Of a stretch of DNA of 61,452 nucleotides, positions 12,778 to 23,218 are shown one piece after another (the first letter of the stretch is position 1; every line of letters starts with the position of its first letter). The notes beneath the pieces are model-generated. The model searched no databases. It saw only the letters and a program-made list of their open reading frames with translations, and was not told the DNA's origin. Origin of the DNA: Candidatus Bathyarchaeota archaeon. Lineage in GTDB: Archaea; Thermoproteota; Bathyarchaeia; Bathyarchaeales; Bathyarchaeaceae. The translations under genes were made by a program, and so were the position numbers. The stretch is from contig CAVOMX010000019.1 in NCBI GenBank assembly GCA_963697165.1, positions 1 through 61,452 on the forward strand, given 5' to 3'.

Positions 12778-13151
12778 CTACCTGCCAAGCACATCCCAAA
12801 TTGTTTACTACCAGAAACTGCATAAACCCGCAGATCAGAAGCCCAACTTCTTGCAGCCCGATAACCCCAAGCCTCACCAATCTCTGAGAGCCTCTTCGCC
12901 ATCGCCTGTCCTTCTGTACGGATCAAGACGGACTATTCGGCTCTCCATGTGCTTCACACAATCTACTTACTAGTCGGGAAACAACTTTAGCCAACATGAA
13001 GCTGCGAACACGCTCGACTACACTGATCGTCAAATCCAGAAGCTTACGCTCATTTTGCTTCAAATCCCTAAACCATGCGCCACTTCGCCTAGCCTTCAGC
13101 CTCAACTTAGCCAAAGCTTCCCTAGTAAGAGGAAACCGACCTTGCAGCCAT
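12778..13151 (-). CDS. Small basic conserved hypothetical protein, frameshifted
   Basis: ATG overlaps the stop of the AbrB-like gene (TGATG). Reads LAKLRLKARRSGAWFRDL...LSEIGEAWGYRAARSWASD. Confidence 0.55.
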
Positions 13152-13294
13152 CACTTAATCTTTCTGATTTTGCACTCAACCAGATCGCCCACCTTAATGT
13201 CATATGCGTCTCTTAGTTCCTTAGGAACAGTAACTCTGCCCTCATTACGGACATAGCTGGTGAATACAATCTCAGTTCCATTATCCGTCTTCAA
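13151..13294 (-). CDS. AbrB/MazE/SpoVT-family DNA-binding protein
   Basis: FTSYVRNEGRVTVPKELRDAYDIKVGDLVE is the swapped-hairpin AbrB signature. A GGTGGGGG RBS-like sequence precedes the TTG start. Confidence 0.85.
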   Translation of the reverse strand: MKTDNGTEIVFTSYVRNEGRVTVPKELRDAYDIKVGDLVECKIRKIK

Positions 13295-13701
13295 GACCTG
13301 ACCCCCACCAAATTCTACAATTAGCGCCAATATTCCCCAAAAAACATATAACCTTTGTGAATTTGGGATAACCAAAATCCAAACCCAAAATCAGTAACTT
13401 CGATCAGAGTGTACAGTTATCTCCCTCGACGGCCAGCCAATACACATACTATAAACGCCAAATATCGACATTGTACGCCACTCATTGACGTGAATAGCAT
13501 ATAAGATTTTCCAAACACAAAAAACATAAACCTATTCAGAATCCAAAAATAAACAAAAAAAACACCTACACAAACATGCCAAAAGAAAAATAACAACACA
13601 AAAACCAAAAACTAATCTCCATCTAAAATAACAATACATCAAACTTATTCAACTTAAATTTGTTAATTGATAAATAATCAGACCACCCAAAGTCCCCTTT
13701 T

Positions 13702-14263
13702 TTAGTACAACAGTTTTTCTACTCTTCGATAGATCTTGTATCCTATGAAACTTCCCGCTAGGGCTTCAATTATCATTACTGGAAGCATCACAGACATTAC
13801 TGGAACAAAGCAATTGTTTATGAAGCACTCAAAAGGAAAGAATAGAGCAGTGGCAAGAAGTAGAATCCAAAAAGTGTATGCTATCCAATAGTATAGTTGA
13901 AGAATAATAGTTAACGATAACAATTTGTTTTTTTGTCAAATCAACTGTAAAAACTGTTGAAGACTATATCAACACTAAAGTAATTTAGCAGTATAGCCAT
14001 TTCATTAGCACGAAGAGTGGGATTGATGAAAATCATGAAAAGCAATGTTGAAAGTACGCCTAGTGCAAAGAACCTCCATCGTCTTCCTTTAAACATGAAG
14101 GAAAGCTCACGCATTGAATCACGGAGAAAAAAATAGATAAAACATAAATAAATCCTGGAAATGTAATTAGACATCATCAAAACAGCTGACCAATTAAAAA
14201 TCTGAAAATAATCATTATGACGGAAAACATTATTATTAACGTAATATCTCTGCTATTATTCAT
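13702..14263 (-). CDS. Membrane protein, ECF S-component-like, frameshifted
   Basis: MNNNSRDITLIIMFSV..., FMFKGRRWRFFALG..., PVMIIEALAGSFIGYKIYRRVEK: about six hydrophobic segments spread across frames. Confidence 0.45.
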
Positions 14264-14341
14264 ATCATCCTTACATCCCTTTTGAACTAAATACTGTTTG
14301 CAACTAATTATAATATAATTTAGTATTTAGTTCTTTATTTC

Positions 14342-17300
14342 TCAAGTATCTATGAATCTATCTAGTATTTCATTAAACTTGTTGGTTGCCTTCATGTTTA
14401 GAAAACATAATCCTAAACCCTTGAAAATAATCGCTTTAGATTTCGGAATATTTTCTTTTAGATATTTGGCATTTCCGCAAGCATAAGGTGTTTTGTCGCC
14501 GTTTATGAATCAAAGTTGGGATCCCAATCTTTCTCAACAATGGACGCACATCCGCTTTCGAAAAGTTATATAAGCTTTTAACAAAAATCTCGGGAGGCGT
14601 TTTCTCAGAAGATTTCAACCCCCACTCTATCAAAGGCTCAAACTTAGGCTCCGGGACAAGTTGTTCCCAAAAGCGTTTAACAGCCAATGAAGGAGATTTC
14701 AACATTCTTTCATGGTTCTCCTCAATTTTCTTTTCATCAAAACCTGGTCTAGCACTTGCAGGTCCTGGATGGGTGCTTAACAACACCAATTTGGAGATTT
14801 TTCCCGGATAGCTGGTTACGTATTTGATGGCTATTTTTCCCCCAACGAAAGCCCCTACAAAAACAATATTCTTGTCCTGTAGATCATCAATCACTGACTT
14901 CAAATCATCCACAAACATATCAACTGAGTATTCGCTTGGAGGCTTGTCCGATTCACCCGTACCTCTGATATCCATCGTGACTACTTTGCATTTCTGAGAA
15001 AAATATGTTACTTGAGGAATCCACAATTCCGCAGTAGCAGTCCAAGAAAGCAAAAATATCGTAGGTTCTCCCTCACCATATACATAATATGCAAGTTTAA
15101 CTCCATCTTTTTCAACAATCTTTTTCCTGCGAATTTTCCTTTGCATTCTATTCTTAATGGCTTCATCATCTGTGCTGGCTATCCCTTTTTTGTAAAATTC
15201 ATTTGCTAATTCATGCTCAGCAGCTAATGCATAAAGACCTCCAAGTGCTTCTAGAGTTTCTGTACGTTCTCTGTTCCATTTTTCGTTATCCTTCATTACC
15301 TCTAGAGCCTGAGAAAGATATTGTATCGTTTCAAAAATTGCCCATTCTTTTCTTGATCTTTCAGCTGCATCTAGAAGATAAGGAACTGATTTCTCAGCAT
15401 TTCCGGAGAGGTAATAATGATGCGCAAGTTTGTTTACAGCTTCTCCAAGATTTTCTTTGAATTCTTCTTCCAACTGCTCTCCAATTAGTGAATGGTATTC
15501 CTTTCGCAATACAGGTGTCATCTCTTGATACAGAACTTCTCGAATCTTTGAGTGATCAAAGCTATACTTGTCATCAAAAGAGCGCACAAGTTGATACTTT
15601 CTTTCAACGTCATTCAATATCTTAAGAACTCGCAGGCGACTAAGACCTGTAACTTTCTCAATCACATCTGAAGAGAATTCTTCTCCCACAACTGAGGCAC
15701 AATCTAAAATATCACGTTCTTCTTCTCTCAGAATATGGATTCTACGAGATATAATATCGTGAATTGTAGGAGGAATTTCTATTTTATCTATGTCTTTGTC
15801 AAGTTTCCATTTGTTACCTTTTCTTTTCAGAAATTCTTTATTTATCAAAAATTTTAGTGTTTCAAGGATAAAGAATGGGTTTCCGTCGGTTTCCTTATAG
15901 ATTCTTTTTGCCAACAAATAATCATCTATACCCAAAACATTATTGATTAGAATTGAACTTTCATTTTTTTGTTAATCTCTTTAACTCAATATTTTGGCAT
16001 AAACCATCTCTTTTTATTCTTTGTACGAAATCAAGAAACGGACGATTTGTCTCATTCAGCAGTTTTGGTTAGGGCTTCTTTACGATATATCCCAACTAAA
16101 AAGAAACGTGATTCTTGAATTATCTTGCTAAGTGTGGAATGAGTTTCAAAGTGGAGCTATCGGCAAAGTGTAGATCATCAACAAATAACATTATGGGTTG
16201 TTTTTCTGAAAGTGCAGCTAAAAACCGAGACAAAGCTTACAAGTTCTTCTGTGCTCTCAAAGAGATGATTTCAGATTACTCAAGTCTATCCTTAATTTAT
16301 CTTGCGCGAAAGTAGAAGGAATTATAGACAGACCTGCAATAATATTATCAATAACCGGAATCAGCTGCACAAATTCTGGGGTAGACTCTTCAATCGTTTT
16401 GCCAATTTTTTTTCGACGCACCTCAGCAGTATCTTGCCTCGATATATTGAAAGAGATCAGCTAGGACTTTTCTAACAGGCCACAAAGGAATTGAAGATTC
16501 TTGATTACAATGATATTTAAGAACCTCGAAATTCTGGGATTTCGCATAGAGTAGCAAGTTCATTAGCAAGCCTTGTCTTTCCGATTCCTGCTTCTCCAGA
16601 AATCAAGATAGTACTACCATTTCCTCGAAGAGCTTTCTCCGTTGACTCTTCAAGTTGCCACAGCTCTTTTTCTCGACCTACTAAATTAGGCAGAGAATTT
16701 TCTATCCGTTCTAGATGAGCCGCCAATAGTGGAAGTTGTCTTGCATATTCCTTAACATGAATAAAAGCTTCATCATAATCCGTGGCAGTCGTTATCGTCT
16801 GGGTAAGTGATGGTTTTAGCTGAAGTTTGCCTGTTTCAATCTCAGAAATTTTCTTTTCTACATCTGTTGAACCTTGCCATAAATCCATAAAGATTCCGGT
16901 TAATGCTCGTATTAGAGACACATTATTTGTTAAGATACATGCCTCATTTTGTCCTGTGCTAAAAATGTCACTCTTTGGCGAGATAAAGAACAAAGCCTCT
17001 TCATTGTCTCTTATCACCATTCTAGGAAGAAAGGCAAAGCTTGAGCTAAGGTTTCTTCCTTTTAAAGGAAATCCTTCTTTTAGTTTTGTTTTAAGAAGGC
17101 GCATTGCCTTCAGATTCTGATTAGATAATTCTGTGAGAAATTGAAACTTGACCTCAGATTTGTTGGGGTGAATGTAAATTGCGTCAAAAATGCCAAATTG
17201 TTCACTACGTGCCAATTCGGGAACTGTTAATGATGCATAAAATTGTCGTCTTGTTTCGTTTATCATCTGAGAAATCTTGGAATAGATTTTCCGATTTCCC

Positions 17301-17671
17301 TCAATTACAACAAACTTTCCTACATCAGGTTCAATTTTTGTACCATAGATTTGCTTCCAACCATTAAGTAAACTATTTTTTGCCTTTTCTAATAAAACTG
17401 CTTCCTCTTGTTTGATCCTTATGTTTTCATCTAACACTTTTTCAAAGGAGACAGAAGAGAACCGCGTTGGAGACTCAAGGGTTGATTCCACTACACCCTT
17501 TTTTTGAAGACTTTTAAGTACACGATATACTATTGGTCTATGCATTTTTGCTTGTTTTGAGATTTCTCCTCCGGTTAGAACACCATGTTTTGCCAAGAAA
17601 ATATAGATCTCTGCCTCTTTTTCGGTTAAACCAAAATCTTTTAGAGCGTTTTTTATAATTTCTCTGCTCAC
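14342..17671 (-). CDS. Multidomain regulator: TrmB HTH + effector domain + STAND (AAA_16) ATPase + TPR-like helices + alpha/beta-hydrolase fold (frameshifted ~15940-16520 and ~14480)
   Basis: TrmB N-terminus (LKDFGLTEKEAEIYIFL...VYRVLKSLQKKGVV); LVGREKEL; Walker A GEAGIGKT; Walker B MLFVDDLHFAD; TDGNPFFILE; YSFDHSKIREVLY; helical repeats; then VYGEGEPTIFL...MDIRGTGESDKP hydrolase fold. Confidence 0.8.
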
Positions 17672-17804
17672 CCTGCATGCTCCCCCGGTCCAAGTGTCTC
17701 TAACAAATGAGACAAGTACAATCTTAATACAAAAAACAAACTTAACTCTTTTTCGATAATGGGAAATTAAAACTCCGATTTAACCATCAGGGGGAGGTGA
17801 AAAA

Positions 17805-18311
17805 ATGAACAAGAAAATATTCGGTCTTTTAGTTGGTCTGTTAGTTCTAGTCATGCTTTCTGTTCCAGTGTTAGCAAAAACATCAGAAACGGAAATCACA
17901 TACACAAAAGTTCGTGTAGGCCCTATGGCAGTAGAATGGAAGCAAGCGGGTCCGATATTTCATGTTGTGAAGAGCGAGCAATCAGGGGTAATTTATTTGG
18001 GTGATCAAGATTTGGGAGATCCTGAATTGGCTTCATTTACTTATACGGCAACAGGTAAAATGCACAACAATCCTGCTATCCTAAGACAGGTATGGCATTT
18101 CGATTATGTGTGGACAAGTATTGCAGTTGCAGATAGTGGCTTCAAAGGAAGATTAAACGGAGATGCTGTGGGTAATGGACTCTTTACTATTCAAGGTATA
18201 TTGCAAGGCTTTGGTGAATTTAAGGGACAAAAACTAGTGGTTGTAGCTGAGAGACAAACACCTACATCAGCAGGTATCGCAATAGTTACAGGATCCTTGT
18301 ACACAAATTAA
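17805..18311 (+). CDS. Secreted hypothetical protein, divergent from the TrmB-STAND gene
   Basis: GGAGGTGA RBS, signal peptide MNKKIFGLLVGLLVLVMLSVPVLA, and a beta-rich mature part. Confidence 0.75.
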   Translation: MNKKIFGLLVGLLVLVMLSVPVLAKTSETEITYTKVRVGPMAVEWKQAGPIFHVVKSEQSGVIYLGDQDLGDPELASFTYTATGKMHNNPAILRQVWHFDYVWTSIAVADSGFKGRLNGDAVGNGLFTIQGILQGFGEFKGQKLVVVAERQTPTSAGIAIVTGSLYTN

Positions 18312-18421
18312 ATTAACTCTGACCAGAAATTGTCTATTCGCATAATTTAACAGATTAACAATACCCACATAATCATTTAACCTCCTTTTTTTAATTTTAT
18401 CAATTTAGAAAGGTAGATGAA

Positions 18422-18769
18422 TTGAGCAAAGTACAAATAATTAGGGTCTTGAAAGGGCTTGGACTTTCGAGTGTTGATGTTCAGGTTTATGTTTTTTTGG
18501 CCAGTAAGGGACAGCATAGAATAAGAGAAATCGAAACAGCACTGAATCTGAATGAGGAAATGGCCCATAGAAGTCTTAAAGATTTACAAAGTATAAGTAT
18601 CGTTAAAGCATCTATCCAACATCCTCTGGAGTTTAATGCAATGCCTTTCGAAGAGCTGATAGATCTCTTTATAGACGTAAAGAAGGAACAAGCAAAAAAC
18701 ATACAGGAAAATAAGAAGGAACTTCTTTCTAATTGGTTAACTATCATGAAGAAAAATTCTATAAAATAA
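18422..18769 (+). CDS. Stand-alone TrmB-family HTH protein
   Basis: LKGLGLSSVDVQVYVFLA...HRSLKDLQSISIV...FNAMPFEELID is homologous to the N-terminus of the 17671 gene. Confidence 0.75.
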   Translation: MSKVQIIRVLKGLGLSSVDVQVYVFLASKGQHRIREIETALNLNEEMAHRSLKDLQSISIVKASIQHPLEFNAMPFEELIDLFIDVKKEQAKNIQENKKELLSNWLTIMKKNSIK

Positions 18770-18913
18770 AGAAAAACTGGAACTTGATAACAGCCAGATA
18801 GGAATAAAACCTTAATAAATGTCAAAAGTTACTCTGCGAACTATTAATTTAATCATAAGGCTGTTTAGGTCCAGCAGATCAACAAGTAACCTATTGTGCC
18901 CATTTAAGACTGA

Positions 18914-19342
18914 TTATGCGGAGCCTATTGCAGAGAATTTATTTCCTCTGCTTGTAAGCAGCTCGACCTGATAAGTGTAGCCTGAATTCCAACCAACATC
19001 GCTCAGATTTAAATTAATTAATTCTCCTCCGCCGACAGTGATATCCAAGAAATCTATGATTTTATCGACGTTATATCCAGTCACTTTTGCTTTTAAAAGA
19101 GTAACATCTTCAGCTCCAGAATTTTGTATAATTACAATAATCTGATTATCCAACGCTCCGGAGGTTCCTTGACTCACCACTTTCGTAATCACTAGCTCTT
19201 CTGTTTCCATCTGCTGAAAAGTTAAAGCTCCAACCCAACCCGAAACTGCTAAAGTCACAGCAACAGTAACCCCGATAAGGATCACCGCAGCAATTGTCAC
19301 GCTCATTCCTAAATTATTCATGCACTTTCTCAAAAAAATCAC
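18914..19342 (-). CDS. Archaeal type IV pilin-like protein (class III signal peptide)
   Basis: Basic N-terminus, then G|MSVTIAAVILIGVTVAVTLAVSGWVG hydrophobic helix, IQNSG motif and Y-x-V-x-L-L-T-x-R-G-N C-terminus. Confidence 0.75.
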   Translation of the reverse strand: MIFLRKCMNNLGMSVTIAAVILIGVTVAVTLAVSGWVGALTFQQMETEELVITKVVSQGTSGALDNQIIVIIQNSGAEDVTLLKAKVTGYNVDKIIDFLDITVGGGELINLNLSDVGWNSGYTYQVELLTSRGNKFSAIGSA

Positions 19343-19627
19343 CTCTTTTGAAGAACCTCAATGCACATGTTAGTTGATTTAATTTCGGAAACTAATATAT
19401 TATATATTACTATTCAATATAAATCTTTTTTGTATTTAAAAAATAGATGAAGTGAAGACTCCGTGATATCAGATGACCACAATTTAACAGACAGAGCACA
19501 ACAACAGAAAGAAAATTAAATTTTCAGCCTGAGCTTAATCTGTAGTCTTCATCCAATAACTGTTTACTAGGCACCTATTGAAAAGAACAAATTCTGCCTT
19601 TACAAGCTGTAACGTTATATTTTGCAT

Positions 19628-20080
19628 CTATAATTCTAACTTTGGAGTCAACCAAGAAAAATCGCAAAATATAGACATGTTTGGATTCTTTTCAGCTATT
19701 TATTCCATAAAATAAACAACATAAAAGAGCACTTTTAAAACATTTTTCCCACTTAGCATTAATAAATAAAATAAATATTTTAGAATTTATAATAAAAATT
19801 ATTAACAAAAAATTGACATTTATTACAATAATATTTTTTTATGACATCATTTTCTAGCAAATGTTAAATACATTTTTTGTCATAATTAGAAGATGTTGGG
19901 TAAAAAATGATTTTTGGGCAATTTTTACCCACCAAAAAAATAGAAAAAGAAAAAAACAATAAAAAGGAGAAAAAATTTCAAATGCAAATAAATAAAACCA
20001 AATTAAGTGCAACAATCATCATAACGATATTAATGATTTCTGCTTTTACGCTAATGCTAAATGTTTCGGTTCAAGCTCAA
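19628..20080 (+). repeat. Duplicated 5' leader/promoter plus signal-peptide region of surface-protein genes (second copy 28464-~28905; partial copies ~23021-23100 and ~32611-32650)
   Basis: CTATAATT(C/T)TAACTTTGGAGTCAA...ATAGACATGTTTGGATT...ACATCATTT.CTAGCAAA.GTTAAATA...CAATTTTTACCC..AAAAAA...AAAAAGGAGAAAAA.TTCAAATG is shared by both copies. Confidence 0.9.
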
Positions 20081-22738
20081 CTTGCATCAGAACAACCAAT
20101 TAGTGGACCCCTACCAACCGGAGTTACTCCTGACAACACAGTACCTTTAACGGCTTACATGAGCATTAGACCTACCGTCGTAGGCCTTAACCAGATTTTC
20201 CTAGTTAACCTGTTTCCGATACCAGCACCACACGCGAACCGAATATTCAAAGACTTTAAGATTACAATCAACAAACCTAGCGGACAACAACACGTTGTTA
20301 CGATGGATTCCTATATTGCTGACGGAACAGCATGGTTTGAATGGATCGCAGACGAAATAGGCACATGGACATTCAAGTTTGATGTACCCGGGCAATATTT
20401 CCCAGCAGGACGATACGTTAACGGCGAGATTGTAACGGCCACTTCAGGGGGCTCAAACTATCCTGAATCAGCATACTACCAGAGCTCCTCTACTCGAGAG
20501 ATGACAATTACTGTGCAAGAAGAAATAGTGTACTCTTGGCCTGAAATGCAACTTCCAACAGACTACTGGACAAGACCAGTACCCTATGAATACAGAGAGT
20601 GGGCGCAGATCGCAGGAGACTTTCCATGGCGTGGTCCAGGAGGCGGTGCCTTATGGGATCAACTCTATCCTGATACTGACCCTCTATGGGGTGGATACTC
20701 GGTATCCGGCTTGGGTGGACCATATAGAGGGCACTTCACTCCATGGGTTCAAGCGCCAAACAGTGCACACGTAGCATGGAAACTACAGTATGGAATAGGC
20801 GGTATAGTTGGAGGAGATTTTGGGACTGGAATCGCGGACACAAGCATGTTCGCTGGCAGTGGCGTGTCTCGTTATCCCGAAATAGTATATGCTGGAAGAG
20901 CTTACATGTCTGTAACTTATGATGGATATTCTAGGAAAGATCAGTCACAACCAGGAAGCGGCAAAACGGCGTTACCTTATTGGAAGTGCTATGACTGGCG
21001 TACGGGAGAATTAATCTGGGAAAGACCACTAGAGGAGGGTGAATCGACACCCGACGTTATTGAATACTTTAACCAAGGTCTGTTACCTGGAGGTCAGGTT
21101 ACCCTTGAGAGCGACGAATTGACATTAATTACTTTCTTGTCGATAAGCGATGGGTATTTGAGAAAGTACGATCCATGGACAGGGGCTATGGTCGCCAACA
21201 TTTCGATTGCACCTATGACAGGCAGCGGAGGCACTTACTTCAGGAACGGTTACGTCTTGGGTGTTCAAAACCTTGGCAACTCTCTACCCGTTGAGGAACG
21301 ATATCGTCTAATCAACTGGACCACATTTGGAACAAGCGACTTCGCTTCAAGGATACAAAGCAACATAACATGGCCATGGAGTAGCTTACCAGACACCACC
21401 GACTACGATGTGGGCATATCTGCACGGACATCTAAAAGCTTTGTAGGCGGAGCACCCTACCAAACAACAGTATTTGCAGCCAGCCTGAAAACAGGACAGG
21501 AACTATGGAGCGTCGCACTTGACGAATGGCAGTATAGCTCAAGCACCGACTACGCTGACCACGGAAAATACGCCATGTTGACCGAGCAGGGATATTACAT
21601 AGCTTTAGATTTGTATACAGGACAAGTAGCATGGAAAAGCGATTACTTTGATTATCCTTGGGATGAACCTGGCTTTGGCGGTTACAATGCGCTCTCAGCT
21701 TACGGATTACTCTACCGAAATGCATACACTGGAGTCTACGCCTTTAACTGGGACGATGGAAGTCTAGCTTGGAAATACACGTCGCCAGCAGCTGCAGTAT
21801 ACGAAACTCCATACGTTAACGCGGATGGTCTAACAGTATACTCTACAAACATTGGTGGCGCAATAGCTGACGGAAAATACTACATTTACAATACTGAGCA
21901 CTCAGCCACTGTGCCAATCACTAGAGGGTGGCAACTCCACTGCATTAACGCTATTACAGGCGAAGGCATCTGGAAAGTAGGCCTACCTGGTGCAGGATCA
22001 AAGCACACTACCGACATAGGTCCTATAGCAGACGGTTACATGTCAGTCGCCAGCAGTGACGGTTATACATACGTCTACGGCATGGGCAAAAGCACAACAA
22101 CAGTTACAGCATCACCAAAAACCATTGCAAAGGGCGCACCGGTATTGATTGAGGGCACAGTATTAGATCTGTCTCCAGGTCAGCCAAATACCCCATGTGT
22201 ATCCCAAGAATCAATGGCCTTACAAATGGAGTACATACACAAACAGATGCCAATCGCTGGAATATGGGGCAATGAAACGATAACCGGGGTTCCAGTAACA
22301 TTAACTGCAATAAATTCAGAAGGTACTGTAATTAATATCGGCACAGTAACAACCAACGGATATTACGGCACATTTGCACATGCATGGACCCCGCCAGACG
22401 AAGACACATACGAGATAATAGCCTCTTTTGCGGCAGACGACTCCTACGGCAGCTCATCAGCGGCAACCGCTATTGCTGTGGGTCCAGCACCATCACCTGC
22501 AGGCCCAATAGAGCCTGAACCAACACCCGAACCTACACCTGAGCCAACACCTACACCTGAACCAACACCCGAACCTACACCCGAGCCAACACCTACACCT
22601 GAACCAACACCCGAACCTACACCAGAACCAACACCTGAAACAGGTTTGATCACAACTGAAGTAGCAATAGCAATAGCTGTGATTGCAGTCGCAATCATAG
22701 GCGCAGTCAGCTTCTGGGCACTCAGAAAACGAAAATAA
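19982..22738 (+). CDS. Secreted, membrane-anchored PQQ-like beta-propeller surface protein, paralogue 1 (intact)
   Basis: Signal peptide, Ig-like N-domain (WFEWIADEIGTWTFKF), PTDYWTRP, repeated D-x-x-T-G-x-x-x-W blades, IADGK, C-terminal Ig-like domain, (PEPT)n linker, TM helix and WALRKRK tail. Confidence 0.85.
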   Translation: MQINKTKLSATIIITILMISAFTLMLNVSVQAQLASEQPISGPLPTGVTPDNTVPLTAYMSIRPTVVGLNQIFLVNLFPIPAPHANRIFKDFKITINKPSGQQHVVTMDSYIADGTAWFEWIADEIGTWTFKFDVPGQYFPAGRYVNGEIVTATSGGSNYPESAYYQSSSTREMTITVQEEIVYSWPEMQLPTDYWTRPVPYEYREWAQIAGDFPWRGPGGGALWDQLYPDTDPLWGGYSVSGLGGPYRGHFTPWVQAPNSAHVAWKLQYGIGGIVGGDFGTGIADTSMFAGSGVSRYPEIVYAGRAYMSVTYDGYSRKDQSQPGSGKTALPYWKCYDWRTGELIWERPLEEGESTPDVIEYFNQGLLPGGQVTLESDELTLITFLSISDGYLRKYDPWTGAMVANISIAPMTGSGGTYFRNGYVLGVQNLGNSLPVEERYRLINWTTFGTSDFASRIQSNITWPWSSLPDTTDYDVGISARTSKSFVGGAPYQTTVFAASLKTGQELWSVALDEWQYSSSTDYADHGKYAMLTEQGYYIALDLYTGQVAWKSDYFDYPWDEPGFGGYNALSAYGLLYRNAYTGVYAFNWDDGSLAWKYTSPAAAVYETPYVNADGLTVYSTNIGGAIADGKYYIYNTEHSATVPITRGWQLHCINAITGEGIWKVGLPGAGSKHTTDIGPIADGYMSVASSDGYTYVYGMGKSTTTVTASPKTIAKGAPVLIEGTVLDLSPGQPNTPCVSQESMALQMEYIHKQMPIAGIWGNETITGVPVTLTAINSEGTVINIGTVTTNGYYGTFAHAWTPPDEDTYEIIASFAADDSYGSSSAATAIAVGPAPSPAGPIEPEPTPEPTPEPTPTPEPTPEPTPEPTPTPEPTPEPTPEPTPETGLITTEVAIAIAVIAVAIIGAVSFWALRKRK

Positions 22739-22751
22739 ACCAAAAATTTCC

Positions 22752-22771
22752 CTCCCCCTTTTTTGTGGGAG
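22752..22771 (+). terminator. Hairpin immediately after the stop codon of surface-protein genes (also 25966-25985 and 31470-31489)
   Basis: CTCCC(C)...T-rich loop...GGGAG stem, about 13 nt after TAA in all three anchored paralogues. Confidence 0.55.
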
Positions 22772-22783
22772 TAAAAGATTAGA

Positions 22784-22897
22784 GGAAGGGATTGAAAAGG
22801 CTAAAACACAGAAGAATGAAATCTTCCCCTTTTAAAGAAGTTGGAGATGACCATTACTCATCAACAACTGTGTAAAAAAACCTCAGCAAACCCTTCC
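22784..22897. ncRNA. Candidate structured RNA/DNA element, divergent copy 1
   Basis: Nested pairings GGAAGGG/CCCTTCC, TTGA/TCAG, ACACAG/CTGTGT and ATCTTC/GGAGAT. Shares TGAAAAGGCT, ACTCATCAACAA and AACCTCAG with copies 2 and 3. Confidence 0.5.
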
Positions 22898-22937
22898 TTA
22901 AATTAACACTACTACCTTCCTTAAATTAACACTACTA
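22892..22937. repeat. Perfect 23-bp tandem duplication
   Basis: CCTTCCTTAAATTAACACTACTA x2, beginning inside the 3' arm of the hairpin element. Confidence 0.9.
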
Positions 22938-23218
22938 AAAAAATATATTGTTTGTAAACGAGGATAACCAAAATCCAAATGCCAAATCAATAACTTCGAC
23001 AAATAATGTTGGCTTTTTTAGTTACATTACCTTTGCAACTAAATTCATTACTTTGAAATCAACCAAGTAAAATCGCAAACTCTAGAAATGCGTAATCTTT
23101 CAGGAATTTCTTTCCATTAAATTGCTTTTATTGTTTTGATCCACAGCATTATTTTATCAAAAAATATAAATATAAAAAAAAGTAAAGCAGACAAGTCAAA
23201 AATTTACGAGATGAAAAA

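Noticed and set aside
22510..22640. Tandem repeats (also 25720-25850 and 31220-31355) as a possible CRISPR or non-coding array
   Set aside because: They encode Pro-Glu-Pro-Thr / Pro-Ser linkers in frame and have no unique spacers.
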